A stretch of 64,000 bases of DNA from Fibrobacteria bacterium (GTDB taxonomy: Bacteria; Fibrobacterota; Fibrobacteria; UBA11236). The stretch spans positions 41,738 to 105,737 of the forward strand of contig JAYTSD010000032.1 in the NCBI GenBank assembly GCA_043745805.1. Reading direction: 5' to 3'. The translations under genes were made by a program, and so were the position numbers. The notes beneath the pieces are model-generated. The model had not been told where the DNA came from. It was given only the letters and a program-made list of their open reading frames with translations, and did no database searches. Numbering within the stretch: the stretch's first letter is position 1; each line of letters opens with the position of its first letter. This document shows positions 9,204 to 19,963 of the stretch, in pieces.

Positions 9204-10670
9204 ATGCTAAGAACCTTAGATGAAGTTCGGAAACTTACGGCTGCGGGCAATGTAATTCCGATTTACAAAGAATTTCCCGCAGATTTAGATACACCTATCA
9301 CGGCTTTGCTCAAATTAAAAAGACAAGGGCAAGGGGTATTTCTTTTAGAAAGTATTGAAGTGGGTGAAAAGCTTGCGCGCTTTTCTTTTTTGGGAAGAAA
9401 TCCACGGACGGTTTTTCAATCTAAAGATGAAAATATTTTTATTTCCGGCGAAGGTGAAAAATCCTACGTAGGCAAGCCTTTAGTAGAATTACAGGAATTT
9501 ATGAATCGCTTTCGTGGCGTACAGGATGCTGCTTTACCCGCTTTTTCTGGTGGAGCTGTGGGATTTGTATGTTACGATGCTGTGCGCTTAGTGGAAAAAA
9601 TTCCCGCGACCGGAAAAGATGATTATCAATTACCGGATTTGCATTTTGGTTTTTATCCTGCCTTTATCGTTTTCGATCATTTACAACATAAATTACGCAT
9701 TGTCGCGAATGTATTAGTGGATGAATATGCTAGCTTGGAGGCCGCCTATACGGTTGCTTTGGCGCAAATTGAAGCTTTGGAAGCCGAAATCAATGAGCCT
9801 TTATTGCTTCCTAAAAAAGAAAATAAAACCATACCCTCTCCAGTATGGGCATCCAACTATACCGCTGAAGGGTATTTAAAAGGCGTTCAGGATTGCAAAG
9901 AATACATTAAGGCGGGCGATGCTTTTCAAATCGTTTTGGCTCAGCGCTTTACCTGTAAACCTGAGGTTACGGCCTTGCAAATTTATCGGGCTCTGCGGGG
10001 AATTAATCCTTCGCCGTATATGTATTATCTCGACTATGGCGATTTTGAAATTGTCGGTGCTTCTCCCGAAACTTTAGTGAAGGTGCAAGATGGTCTTGCG
10101 GAAACCAAGCCTATTGCGGGTACCCGCCGCCGCGGAAAAAATGCAGCGGAAGATTTAGCCTTAGAAAAAGAATTATTGGCGGATGCTAAAGAACGTGCGG
10201 AGCATTTAATGCTTGTCGATTTAGGCCGTAATGATATTGGCCGCGTTTCGGAATACGGTAGCGTAGAAGTGACGCAATTTATGGACGTCGAACGCCATAG
10301 CCATGTCATGCATATTGAATCGGTAGTGCGCGGGAAATTAAAACCCGAATATACCGCTTTGCAAGCCTTGATGTCTTGCTTTCCGGCGGGGACATTATCG
10401 GGAGCACCCAAGATTCGTGCGATGGAAATTATCGATAGCTTAGAGCCTACACGCCGTGGGCTTTATGGCGGAGCTATTTGTTATATGGATTTTCGTGGCA
10501 ACTTAGATTCTTGCATTGCTATTCGCACCTTGATGTTAAAAGATGGTGTGGCTTATGTGCAAGCGGGAGCAGGCATTGTAGCCGATTCGGATCCGCAAGC
10601 GGAATTCGAAGAAACCGGACATAAAGCACAAGCCGTGATGAATGCTGTGGCAGAGGCGAGGAAAATATGA
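9204..10670 (+). CDS. trpE: Anthranilate synthase component I
   Basis: DLDTP, FLLES, NPSPYMYY, PIAGTRRRG, AEHLMLVDLGRND, FPAGTLSGAPKIRAM. Confidence 0.96.
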   Translation: MLRTLDEVRKLTAAGNVIPIYKEFPADLDTPITALLKLKRQGQGVFLLESIEVGEKLARFSFLGRNPRTVFQSKDENIFISGEGEKSYVGKPLVELQEFMNRFRGVQDAALPAFSGGAVGFVCYDAVRLVEKIPATGKDDYQLPDLHFGFYPAFIVFDHLQHKLRIVANVLVDEYASLEAAYTVALAQIEALEAEINEPLLLPKKENKTIPSPVWASNYTAEGYLKGVQDCKEYIKAGDAFQIVLAQRFTCKPEVTALQIYRALRGINPSPYMYYLDYGDFEIVGASPETLVKVQDGLAETKPIAGTRRRGKNAAEDLALEKELLADAKERAEHLMLVDLGRNDIGRVSEYGSVEVTQFMDVERHSHVMHIESVVRGKLKPEYTALQALMSCFPAGTLSGAPKIRAMEIIDSLEPTRRGLYGGAICYMDFRGNLDSCIAIRTLMLKDGVAYVQAGAGIVADSDPQAEFEETGHKAQAVMNAVAEARKI

Positions 10671-11242
10671 TTCTCATACTCGACAATTATGATTCCTTTA
10701 CTTTTAATTTGGTGCAATATATTGGCGAACAAAATCCCAATTTAAAAGTAATACGCAATGATCAGCATGCGGTAGCCGAAGTATTAGCGATGCGTCCTTC
10801 GCATATAGTGATTTCACCTGGGCCTTGTACGCCTAAAGAAGCTGGCATTTCTATTGAGTTAATTAAAAATACTCCGGCCTCCATTCCTTTGTTGGGAGTT
10901 TGTTTGGGGCATCAAAGTTTAGGCGAAGCTTTTGGTGGTAAGGTTATTCGTGCCCCCTTTCCTATGCATGGCAAAACCGATGGTATACAATGTCAAAGTA
11001 TAGGCTTATTCCAAGGTTTACCTGAAACCTTTACAGCCACACGTTACCATTCCCTAATTGTAGAACGCGAAAGCTTGCCGAGTACCTTGGAAGTTACGGC
11101 TACGAATAAAGACAATATTATTATGGGACTTAAACATAAAACCCTGCCTTTATTTGGTTTACAATTTCATCCCGAATCTATTTTAACCGAACATGGTAAA
11201 ATCATGATCGCTAATTTTCTTGCCATGAAAGGGTCGGTATGA
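10667..11242 (+). CDS. trpG: Anthranilate synthase component II (glutamine amidotransferase)
   Basis: DNYDSFT, SPGPCTP, GVCLGHQ, RYHSL, QFHPES; ATGA overlap with trpE. Confidence 0.96.
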   Translation: MILILDNYDSFTFNLVQYIGEQNPNLKVIRNDQHAVAEVLAMRPSHIVISPGPCTPKEAGISIELIKNTPASIPLLGVCLGHQSLGEAFGGKVIRAPFPMHGKTDGIQCQSIGLFQGLPETFTATRYHSLIVERESLPSTLEVTATNKDNIIMGLKHKTLPLFGLQFHPESILTEHGKIMIANFLAMKGSV

Positions 11243-12267
11243 GTTTTTCGCTTTGGCTCGGTAAACTAATCAAAAAAGAAAATCTCACTGCGCCGGAAAT
11301 GGGCGAAGCGATGGCTGGTCTTATGGACGGGCAATGGACGCAAGCGCAAATAGGTGCATTCTTAATTGCCTTGCGTATAAAAGGCGAATCGCCAGCGGAA
11401 ATTGGTGCGGCGGTAAAAGTGTTACGCGAAAAAGCAACGCGTGTACCTACTACCCGCAAACCCTTGGTGGATACTTGCGGAACAGGTGGTGATCATAGTG
11501 GCACCTTTAATGTGTCTACGGCAAGTGCCATTGTAGCCGCAGGGGCAGGTGTGGCTATTGCGAAACATGGCAATCGTGCGATTAGTAGTCGCTGTGGAAG
11601 TGCCAATGTATTGCAAGAATTAGGGGTTAACTTAGAGATGACAGCGGAACAGGTAGGGGCTTGTGTCGATGCCGTGGGTATTGGTTTTCTGTTCGCTCCT
11701 AAATTGCATTCGGCGATGAAGCATGTGGCGGGCCCTCGTCAAGAGTTGGGACAACGCACCATATTTAATTTAATGGGACCTATGCTGAATCCTGCGCATG
11801 CCAAAAGACAAGTCATAGGCGTTTACGATATGAATTTAACCCGTGTCTTTGCGGAAGTATTAAGCGACTTACAATCCGAGCATGTGCTAGTGGTGGCCGG
11901 TACGGATGGACTCGATGAAATTACTCTTACGGCGCCTAGCAAAATCGCCGAACTTAAAAACGGGGAAATCAAAGAATATATTTTGAATCCGCAAGACTTA
12001 GGTTTTTCGCTTTGTGAAAAAAATGATTTGGTTGGTGGCGATGCACCCGAAAATGCGGCGATACTTCGCTCCATATTCCAAGGTAAAAAGGGTGCGCCAC
12101 GCGATATTGTAGTTTTGAATGCCGCTGCGGCCATTTATGTTTCGGGCGAAGCGAATTCCTTAAAAGAAGGGGTAACCTTGGCCATACGCACAATTGATTC
12201 GGGTGCTGCGCAAGCCACCCTAGAGAAATTTGTGGCTTTTTCAAAAACCTGTTTGCCAACCTCTTAG
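11239..12267 (+). CDS. trpD: Anthranilate phosphoribosyltransferase
   Basis: DTCGTGGD, FNVST, KHGNR, GLDE. Confidence 0.96.
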   Translation: MSFSLWLGKLIKKENLTAPEMGEAMAGLMDGQWTQAQIGAFLIALRIKGESPAEIGAAVKVLREKATRVPTTRKPLVDTCGTGGDHSGTFNVSTASAIVAAGAGVAIAKHGNRAISSRCGSANVLQELGVNLEMTAEQVGACVDAVGIGFLFAPKLHSAMKHVAGPRQELGQRTIFNLMGPMLNPAHAKRQVIGVYDMNLTRVFAEVLSDLQSEHVLVVAGTDGLDEITLTAPSKIAELKNGEIKEYILNPQDLGFSLCEKNDLVGGDAPENAAILRSIFQGKKGAPRDIVVLNAAAAIYVSGEANSLKEGVTLAIRTIDSGAAQATLEKFVAFSKTCLPTS

Positions 12268-12279
12268 AATTATTTCATT

Positions 12280-13083
12280 ATGCCCCACGATATACTTACA
12301 AAAATTATTACCGCTAAAAAAATACGTTTAGAAAAACGTAAACAAGAAAGGCCTTTGTCGCTTGTAGAGCAAGTAGCTAGGGCTTTGCCAGCCCCGCAAA
12401 AGAATTTTTTAAAAATTTTACGAGCTAAATCCACTTCACCCATTCCTCTGCATATTATTGCCGAAGTGAAAAAAGCTTCACCCTCCAAAGGCGTGATTCG
12501 CGAAGATTTTAAACCTTTGGAAATTGCCCAAGCTTATGCGCGTGGTGGTGCGAGTGCCGTATCGGTACTTACAGAAGAAGATTTTTTCCAAGGGCAGGAC
12601 GTTTATTTGCAACAAATCGCGAGCTCCGTGGCGATACCGGCTTTACGCAAAGATTTTATTATCGATCCCTATCAAATTTTTGAAGCCAAATGTTTAGGCG
12701 CTTCAGCTTTTTTGCTACTCGTGAATTGTTTATCGCCAGAAATGTTAAAGAATTTTATTGCTTTGGGTCAAGAACTGGGATTGACGCCTTTGGTAGAAAC
12801 ACATACGGCCGAAGAAATTCAAATTGCTTTGGATGCGGGCGCGAATTTGATTGGCATCAATAATCGGGATCTGAAAACTTTTAATATTTCCTTAGAGGTA
12901 ACCTTCAAGTTAAGAACTTTAATTCCCGTATCCATCCCGGTTATTTCGGAATCGGGAATTTTTACTGCTCAAAATATGCAACGCTTGGTGGATGCCGGTG
13001 TGAATGCTGCCTTAATTGGTGAAAGCCTTATGCGGGAGACGAACATGGAAAAAAAACTAAGGGAATTGCTCGGTTTTGATTAA
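12280..13083 (+). CDS. trpC: Indole-3-glycerol phosphate synthase
   Basis: IAEVKKASPSKG, SVLTE, LRKDFI, GINNRDL, SESGI. Confidence 0.96.
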   Translation: MPHDILTKIITAKKIRLEKRKQERPLSLVEQVARALPAPQKNFLKILRAKSTSPIPLHIIAEVKKASPSKGVIREDFKPLEIAQAYARGGASAVSVLTEEDFFQGQDVYLQQIASSVAIPALRKDFIIDPYQIFEAKCLGASAFLLLVNCLSPEMLKNFIALGQELGLTPLVETHTAEEIQIALDAGANLIGINNRDLKTFNISLEVTFKLRTLIPVSIPVISESGIFTAQNMQRLVDAGVNAALIGESLMRETNMEKKLRELLGFD

Positions 13084-13540
13084 GGTACTATTTGTTTGCT
13101 TGGGTAATATTTGCCGTTCGCCTCTGGCTGAAGGAGTGTTTTTGCATTTGCTGCAACAAAAAGATTTACTACAAAATTTTAGTGTTGATTCTGCGGGCAC
13201 AGGGGATTGGCATGTAGGTCATGGAGCGGATAAACGTTCGCAAGCTGTGGCAAAGCAAAATGGTTTCGAATTGTACAGCAAAGCAAGACAAGTAAAAATC
13301 AGTGACTTCACTGAATTCGATTGGATTATTGCAATGGACGATAATAATCGCGAAGATTTAAAACGACTCTGCCTTCCTGCTTTGCAAAGCAAAATTATTT
13401 TAATGCGCGACTTTGATATTCCCGAATTTAAAGGGGAAGATGTTCCCGATCCCTATTATGGGGGAGATGAAGGCTTTATCCATGTGTATCTTATGCTGGA
13501 ACGCTCTTGCGCGAATTTTTTAGAGCATATTAAAACTTAG
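13076..13540 (+). CDS. Low-molecular-weight protein tyrosine phosphatase
   Basis: VCLGNICRSP, DSAGT, DVPDPYYG; overlaps the trpC end. Confidence 0.93.
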   Translation: MIKVLFVCLGNICRSPLAEGVFLHLLQQKDLLQNFSVDSAGTGDWHVGHGADKRSQAVAKQNGFELYSKARQVKISDFTEFDWIIAMDDNNREDLKRLCLPALQSKIILMRDFDIPEFKGEDVPDPYYGGDEGFIHVYLMLERSCANFLEHIKT

Positions 13541-13587
13541 AGCATTCAATCCTGCACAAAGGAATGTACTTTTGGTAACATTCTAGT

Positions 13588-14817
13588 ATGAAAACTAAAG
13601 GATTTACCACTTCGATTTTACATGCGGATCGGCTCGATCATCCTGAGCATGGTTCATTACACAAACCCATTCACACTTCTATTGCTTATGGCTATACGCG
13701 TGCCGAGGATTTGGCTGCGGTATTTCAGGGACGTACCAAAGGTTATGCCTATGCTCGTCAAGCGAATCCTACGGTAGCGGCTTTAGAATATAAAATCACG
13801 CAAATGGAACAAGGGGTAGGCTCGCTTTGTTTTTCAACCGGCATGGCGGCTTTAGGGGCCTTGTTTATTGCTTTACTGCGCAAAGGTGATCATATTGTTT
13901 CTAGTGCGTATTTGTTTGGAAATACTAATAGTCTATTACAAACATTAATCGCTATTGGCATTGATGTGACTTTTGTGGATGCCACGCAAGCGGCCAATGT
14001 GGAAAAAGCTCTGACTTCGCAAACTAAAATGGTGTTGGTGGAAACCATTGCTAATCCAGTGACGCAGGTTGCAGATATGAAAAATATCGGAAAACTGTGT
14101 GCGGAAAAAGGTTTGATTTATATCATAGACAATACTTTAACTTCGCCTTATTTATTTAAGCCCAAAGATGTGCAAGCCACTTTTAGCGTCAATTCTTTAT
14201 CTAAATATATTGGTGGTCATGGCAACGCTTTAGGCGGTAGCCTCACGGATACGGGTTTATTTGATTGGACTAAATTTTCGGGATTATATGATATTTATAA
14301 AACCGGCGATGCCAAACTATGGGCCATGTTGCAATTGCGAAAAAAAGGTTTGCGCGATTTTGGCGGCACACTAGCACCTGAACCCGCTCATGTTATTTCC
14401 GTAGGCGCCGAAACGCTTTCTTTACGCATGGAAAAATCTTGTGAGAATGCAATGGCTTTAGCCCAGCTTTTGAAAAAAAATCCCAAGGTGAAAAAAACTA
14501 ATTATCCGGGTTTAGCTTCGCATCCTCAGCATGCTTTGGCGCAGGAATTATTTCATCGTCCGGCGGCTTTAATCAGCTTTGAATTAGGGGAAAGTGAAGA
14601 TTGCTTTGCCTTTTTAAATCGTTTACAGTTGGCTATTTGCTCTAGTAACATTGGGGATACCCGTACCTTGGTTATTCCGGTAGCGCATACGATTTTCTTT
14701 GAAATGGGTCCCGAAAGACGGGCGAGTATGGGCATTTCCGAAAACTTAATTCGTTTGTCGGTGGGAATTGAAGATACGCAAGATTTATTAGAGGATTTTG
14801 CTCAAGCTTTAGGTTGA
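13588..14817 (+). CDS. Cys/Met metabolism PLP enzyme (cystathionine gamma-synthase / O-acylhomoserine sulfhydrylase family)
   Basis: YARQANPT, STGMAA, ETIANP, DNT, SLSKYIGGHG (PLP lysine), IRLSVGIED. Confidence 0.88.
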   Translation: MKTKGFTTSILHADRLDHPEHGSLHKPIHTSIAYGYTRAEDLAAVFQGRTKGYAYARQANPTVAALEYKITQMEQGVGSLCFSTGMAALGALFIALLRKGDHIVSSAYLFGNTNSLLQTLIAIGIDVTFVDATQAANVEKALTSQTKMVLVETIANPVTQVADMKNIGKLCAEKGLIYIIDNTLTSPYLFKPKDVQATFSVNSLSKYIGGHGNALGGSLTDTGLFDWTKFSGLYDIYKTGDAKLWAMLQLRKKGLRDFGGTLAPEPAHVISVGAETLSLRMEKSCENAMALAQLLKKNPKVKKTNYPGLASHPQHALAQELFHRPAALISFELGESEDCFAFLNRLQLAICSSNIGDTRTLVIPVAHTIFFEMGPERRASMGISENLIRLSVGIEDTQDLLEDFAQALG

Positions 14818-14844
14818 AATGTCGTAAAAAAGTGGAGAGGTAAA

Positions 14845-16053
14845 TTAATTTATCTCCGGCCATCGACAAATTATGCGTTTAACAATTTCATCGGCAATAG
14901 CTAATGATGCTGTGGCGGCGGGAGATGGAGCATTGAGCACATGCAAGCTTCGCTCCCCTTCTTGAAAATAAAAATCATCCACTAATGAACCGTCTGTATG
15001 TAATGCTTGGGCTCGCACACCGGCTTCGGCGGATGTAAGCATATCGGCTTGGATTGCCGGAACCAATTTTTGCAGCGCTTTGACAAAAGCTGCTTTGGAA
15101 AAAGAGCGATGAATTTCTGTTAAGCCCATTTTCCAATAACGTAAAGCTAGTTTGCGAAATCCCGCATTAAGTAAAACCGCTGTGAGTTCCGAAAAGGAAA
15201 AATCCATTTTCCGATACCCTTCACGTTTCATGGCCAAGACCGCATTGGGTCCGCATTCGGTGCTACCGTCAATCATACGAGTAAAATGCACACCTAAAAA
15301 TGGAAAGGCGGGATCGGGAACCGGATAAATCAAATTACGAATCAAGCCTTTTTCTTCTGGCTTTAGCAAAAAATATTCTCCGCGAAAAGGGATAATGGCA
15401 ATGCTAGGCTTTAATCCATCGAGCTTGGCTAAATGATCACTATAAAGTCCACCGCAATTAATAATGAGATTTGCAGTGTATGAATTTTTATGGGTGATAA
15501 TTTTTTTGCTTTCATTTTCATGGCTAATGCTTAAAACCTTTTCCCCTAAATGAATAGCGCCTCCCAATTGGAGAATACATTGGGCTAATTTTTCGGAAAC
15601 CGTAAGGTAATTAACAATTCCTGTTTCGGGCACATGTAAACCGGCGATCCCTGTAGCGGAGGGCTCTAAGTTTTTTATTTCGTTTTGGGTTAAACGCCGG
15701 CAACCCTTTAAGCCATTTGCCTGCGCCTTAGCCCATAATTTATCTAATTCTGGAATTTGTTCGCTTTCAGTTGCGACAATAATTTTTCCACAAATATCAT
15801 AGGGAATATTTTGGACTTGGCAAAAAGCAATTAGTTGTCGATACCCTTCTCGACATAATTGGGCTTTATAACTTCCGGGTTTATAGTAAATACCACTATG
15901 AATCACGCCACTATTGCGTCCTGTTTGATGTTGAGCTACACCCTTTTCTTTTTCTAAGAGCAAAAGTTTGGCCGCGGGAAATTTTTGCAAAAGCTTATAG
16001 GCGGTGGCTAATCCAACAATACCTCCGCCTATTACTATAAAGGAATATTTCAT
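14845..16053 (-). CDS. lhgO: L-2-hydroxyglutarate oxidase
   Basis: GGGIVG, HQTGRNSGVIHSGIYY, PFRGEY, FPFLGVHFTR, NAPSPAATASL. Confidence 0.92.
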   Translation of the reverse strand: MKYSFIVIGGGIVGLATAYKLLQKFPAAKLLLLEKEKGVAQHQTGRNSGVIHSGIYYKPGSYKAQLCREGYRQLIAFCQVQNIPYDICGKIIVATESEQIPELDKLWAKAQANGLKGCRRLTQNEIKNLEPSATGIAGLHVPETGIVNYLTVSEKLAQCILQLGGAIHLGEKVLSISHENESKKIITHKNSYTANLIINCGGLYSDHLAKLDGLKPSIAIIPFRGEYFLLKPEEKGLIRNLIYPVPDPAFPFLGVHFTRMIDGSTECGPNAVLAMKREGYRKMDFSFSELTAVLLNAGFRKLALRYWKMGLTEIHRSFSKAAFVKALQKLVPAIQADMLTSAEAGVRAQALHTDGSLVDDFYFQEGERSLHVLNAPSPAATASLAIADEIVKRIICRWPEIN

Positions 16054-16195
16054 TTCTGAAAGAAAGTATAAATCAAGAAATGATTCGGTTGGAAGGGCAA
16101 AATCATGTTATTTTTCAACTGGAATTTTAGTCTTCGAAACTTATACTTTTCTGAGATTTTTTATGCGTATGGTTTATTTGTGAACGGGATGGATT

Positions 16196-18106
16196 ATGAA
16201 AAAAATAGGAATTGGTGCCCTTATTCTTTTGCTTATCGCAGGAATAGCTTTCGTTATTTATCAAAATACTCCGCATAAAAAATATGTTCGGCATATCACC
16301 AAAGCCCGACTATTTGCCAAAGAAAAAAACTTAACTGCTGCAGAACAAGAATATGAATTAGCCCTAAAAGCAGTGCATACATTTTCATCGGATATTGCAC
16401 TAGAATATCTTCGTTTTAAAATCACAAAATTAATTGCAGAAAATAAGTGGCATGAAGCAACTCTTGCTGCACTTGACTTTGTCAAAGCCTATCCAGAGAA
16501 TAATGAAGGGCAAGTTTTTTATGCTCAATTGGCTTATCGCACGGGGGATGCGGAAGCAGCCTTCGAAGCTATTGATAAAGTATTATTGGCTAAGCCTACT
16601 CACTTTGAAGCACGTAATTTACTTGCCCAATTACGAGCAAGTCAGGGCAGAGTGGATTTAGCAGAAGATCAATTGCGTTTGCTCCAAAAAAGCTATCCCG
16701 ACTCCGTATCGGTATTGTTACCCTTGGTAGAAGCTTTAATCAAACAAGGTAAAGTTGTAGAATGTCGTGCGATTTTACAAAAGGTAATTGCAACGCATCC
16801 AAATATAGCCCAAGCGCGCTTGTATCTTATGGACACCTATTTATTGGAGCGTCGTCCTGACTCTGCACAAGGTGTACTTACGGATTGGAAAAATCAAGAT
16901 TCCAGCTTAATGCAAGAAATTAGTGTACGGCAAGCACGTCTTTATTCATTACTCAATAAATTGGAAGACGCCGAAAAATGTTTGCAACCTTATTTAAACA
17001 AAAGCCCAAAAAATATTGATGCTTTTTCCGAAAAAGCGATTTTGTTAGTGAAGCGGGGTAAATACGATAGTGCAATGCAAGTTTACGAAACCATGGCCGA
17101 TCTTAAGGCTAATATTCGCGGTCAAACCAGTATGCTAGCCCATTTCATTGCCTTAAAAAATCAAGAGCCCGCTAAAGCCTTAGGGTATTTGAAGATTTTG
17201 CAAGTGGGTGATAAATCAGATCGTTTATCACAATTTCTAGTGGCTTGTTATATAGCAATGGGTTTAGAAAATAAAGCTCAAGAATTGGTCGATACGCAAA
17301 AAAAATCCTCTCAAAATTTAAGTGAATTACTCAAGCAACTCTCCCTTGGAAAAGAATTCATTGGGGAATGGGCGCTGGTACAATATTTTCAATTGACCAA
17401 ACAAGATTATTGGGCTTTAGCCACGGCTGCGAGTTGGCAAAAAAAATGGCCCAAAAGCCAATTGGCAGCTGGGATGTTCGCTACTCAGCTGATTGCCTTA
17501 AAACAATATAAGGTTGCCTTAAGCATTTTAGAAAAACAGCAGTTTACTTTGCCTGCTCAAAGGATAGGATTAATCGATTTATATATTCAAACTAATCAAA
17601 TTGATAAAGCTTTAATCTTAGCGAATGAATTAACAAATGGCCCAGCGAAAATGCAGGGCTTAAATACACTATTGGCCGATTTATATATTCGTAAAGGACA
17701 AAAAGAAAAAGCTATGGAGATTTTCAAATTACAATTTGAACAAGATCCAAAAAATTTAGTGTGTGCAAATAATTTGGCATGGGAATATGGCGTTGTACAA
17801 AAAGATTATAGCAAAGCAAAAGTCTATATTGAAGCATTAAAGAATGCTAAGCATAATGATCCACGACTTTATGATACCATAGGCTGGGTGCTTGCAATGG
17901 CAGAGAAATGGGATGAAGCCGAAACAAATTTACATAAGGCAACTTTATTAATCCCTGACTTTCCTCCAGTCATGTATCACTTTGGTTATGTTAAAGTGCA
18001 ACAAGGTAAAAAGGCTGAAGGAAAAAAATGGGTAGACCAAGCTTTAAGTTCAACGGCTGCATTTGAAGAAAGAGCCGAAGCAAAAGCTTTTGCGGCAGGC
18101 ATTTAG
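16196..18106 (+). CDS. Membrane-anchored tetratricopeptide-repeat protein
   Basis: N-terminal TM helix and many TPR-like helices; C-terminal NNLAW...YDTIGW motif as seen in PrsT-like TPR proteins. Confidence 0.75.
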   Translation: MKKIGIGALILLLIAGIAFVIYQNTPHKKYVRHITKARLFAKEKNLTAAEQEYELALKAVHTFSSDIALEYLRFKITKLIAENKWHEATLAALDFVKAYPENNEGQVFYAQLAYRTGDAEAAFEAIDKVLLAKPTHFEARNLLAQLRASQGRVDLAEDQLRLLQKSYPDSVSVLLPLVEALIKQGKVVECRAILQKVIATHPNIAQARLYLMDTYLLERRPDSAQGVLTDWKNQDSSLMQEISVRQARLYSLLNKLEDAEKCLQPYLNKSPKNIDAFSEKAILLVKRGKYDSAMQVYETMADLKANIRGQTSMLAHFIALKNQEPAKALGYLKILQVGDKSDRLSQFLVACYIAMGLENKAQELVDTQKKSSQNLSELLKQLSLGKEFIGEWALVQYFQLTKQDYWALATAASWQKKWPKSQLAAGMFATQLIALKQYKVALSILEKQQFTLPAQRIGLIDLYIQTNQIDKALILANELTNGPAKMQGLNTLLADLYIRKGQKEKAMEIFKLQFEQDPKNLVCANNLAWEYGVVQKDYSKAKVYIEALKNAKHNDPRLYDTIGWVLAMAEKWDEAETNLHKATLLIPDFPPVMYHFGYVKVQQGKKAEGKKWVDQALSSTAAFEERAEAKAFAAGI

Positions 18107-19908
18107 GGACCGAAGAGCAGGAGGGAATGGGCTTGGTTTTTGAAAACCTTGACACTTCCAAATCCATAAGTCGCTTCCAAATTTAAGGGCGACTTTAACA
18201 CATGATACAGCACCACAGGATAACCATTTTTCTTTGCCGCAAACAAAACAGAATCCATACGTATAAATTCAAGCTTCGAGATTTCAATTAATTGTTGTTC
18301 TGGCCACCCTTGTTTATGCAGATAAAATTCGGTGTAATAGGGATAATAAAGGCCCGTAAAGAGAACTTTTTCTTTGGGATAATGTATTTCCAAATACTTT
18401 AATGCTTCTCGATAAGGATAGGATTGATCACCTACATCGACTCCATAAATACCCCAGTCCTGAACTCTCGTTCCATCCTTATGTACGGGAGAGTAATAAC
18501 TTTGTACTCCTATTGCGAATGCTAAAAATCCCAGCGCATACGGCAGATATTTCTTTGTCACCAGCCTTAAAAATTCCACAGCAAAAACGAGAAGACTGGG
18601 TAATAAAAAAAGATTAAAGCGACTGTATCCATTGTATTGTCGATTATCAAGAAAATGGAAAGTGGAATCTACTAGCAAAATTAAAGCAAGAAAAAATAAT
18701 AGCTGCCATTTGCGGCGGACGAGTAGTAATACGAATCCTGCAATAGCTATAGGCAGTAAAAGGCCAAAGCTATCCCAGAGTGAATGCAACTGAATCCAAT
18801 ACAAGTGGGCATCCTGGATATATTCAAAGTGAGGTGAATAGAAGCGTGTGGGTCCAATGCGTAATCGATAAAGCAGGTAAAGGCATATTGGGAAGCATAT
18901 AGCAAAGCTGATTTTTAATTCCGCCAGCATCGGCTTCCATCCGAGTGATTGGTTTTTGATTAAATGCGAAAGTCTAAAGATTATTCGACAACATAAAAAG
19001 ACAAACAGAAAGGGTATGGTCGTTTCTTTCATAAATCCAAGGAGCAATAAGGCTATCCAACTGGGCATAGCTAATAATCGCTCTGGATCGCCACGCAGCA
19101 AGCGTATTGCCTGCAAACAAACCAAAGTCATACAGAACACGGCAGGCATCTCTAAATAGAAAAGTGAATCAAAATTTCGGATTACCGGAAGTGTGGCTAA
19201 TAAAAAGAATAGTCCTAGCCTTAGAAAAATGGAATGCCGGCGTAGGCTATAGAAGCCCAATCCCGCCAAGCATGCGGCGGAAAGTAAGGGGAGTAGGCGA
19301 TAAGGGATTTCGGGATAGGGATTATGCCGAATAAGGTTGGCGAAGTAAGCAAGGGTAGCCGCGACATAATGCAGAAAAATAGGATAGCGTAAAGCATGAT
19401 AGAGATCGATATGGGCACGATGTCCTACCCATGTTACCCCTAAAAAAAAGACCGCAGCAATGAATATCAAGAGTCCATCCAAGGATGGACGTAAAAAGGC
19501 AAAGATTAAAAAAAGTGCCAAAGCTAAGAAATACATTTTATGCAAAGCGAGTGAATGGGTAATTTGCACGGCACAAAAAATATGATAATCCTCATCGCCA
19601 CGCCAAGGTATGGAGACGGAAAGGCAGCGAAATTCCATCAAGAAAAATATTATGAAGAATAAGCAAAAGCAGAGAAGCTGGCGGAGCGAAAAAATCCGAA
19701 AATCCCCACTACAAATCCAAGCCCAATAGAATCCAGCCAGAGCGGAGATTATCCATGCAAACCCTTTTAAAGGCAAGCCCGGTAGGCTATTCCAAAGCGG
19801 AGTTAATATAAAGCATAATAGGTATAGGCTAAAAAGCAAAGCAAAACCCAGCGGTCTGGAGATTTTCAGGCGTTTGGAAAAATTCATCACAATTATTTTA
19901 GCATGCAA
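18103..19908 (-). CDS. Polytopic membrane protein, possible GT-C glycosyltransferase
   Basis: Many hydrophobic segments, WRGDEDYH loop after the first TMs, YLEMP, GFMKET, YSRF. Confidence 0.5.
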   Translation of the reverse strand: MHAKIIVMNFSKRLKISRPLGFALLFSLYLLCFILTPLWNSLPGLPLKGFAWIISALAGFYWAWICSGDFRIFSLRQLLCFCLFFIIFFLMEFRCLSVSIPWRGDEDYHIFCAVQITHSLALHKMYFLALALFLIFAFLRPSLDGLLIFIAAVFFLGVTWVGHRAHIDLYHALRYPIFLHYVAATLAYFANLIRHNPYPEIPYRLLPLLSAACLAGLGFYSLRRHSIFLRLGLFFLLATLPVIRNFDSLFYLEMPAVFCMTLVCLQAIRLLRGDPERLLAMPSWIALLLLGFMKETTIPFLFVFLCCRIIFRLSHLIKNQSLGWKPMLAELKISFAICFPICLYLLYRLRIGPTRFYSPHFEYIQDAHLYWIQLHSLWDSFGLLLPIAIAGFVLLLVRRKWQLLFFLALILLVDSTFHFLDNRQYNGYSRFNLFLLPSLLVFAVEFLRLVTKKYLPYALGFLAFAIGVQSYYSPVHKDGTRVQDWGIYGVDVGDQSYPYREALKYLEIHYPKEKVLFTGLYYPYYTEFYLHKQGWPEQQLIEISKLEFIRMDSVLFAAKKNGYPVVLYHVLKSPLNLEATYGFGSVKVFKNQAHSLLLFGP

Positions 19909-19963
19909 ATGACTTTACATCACCCTTGCAATTTAATTCTTTGCAGTTAATAGCGAATGAAGC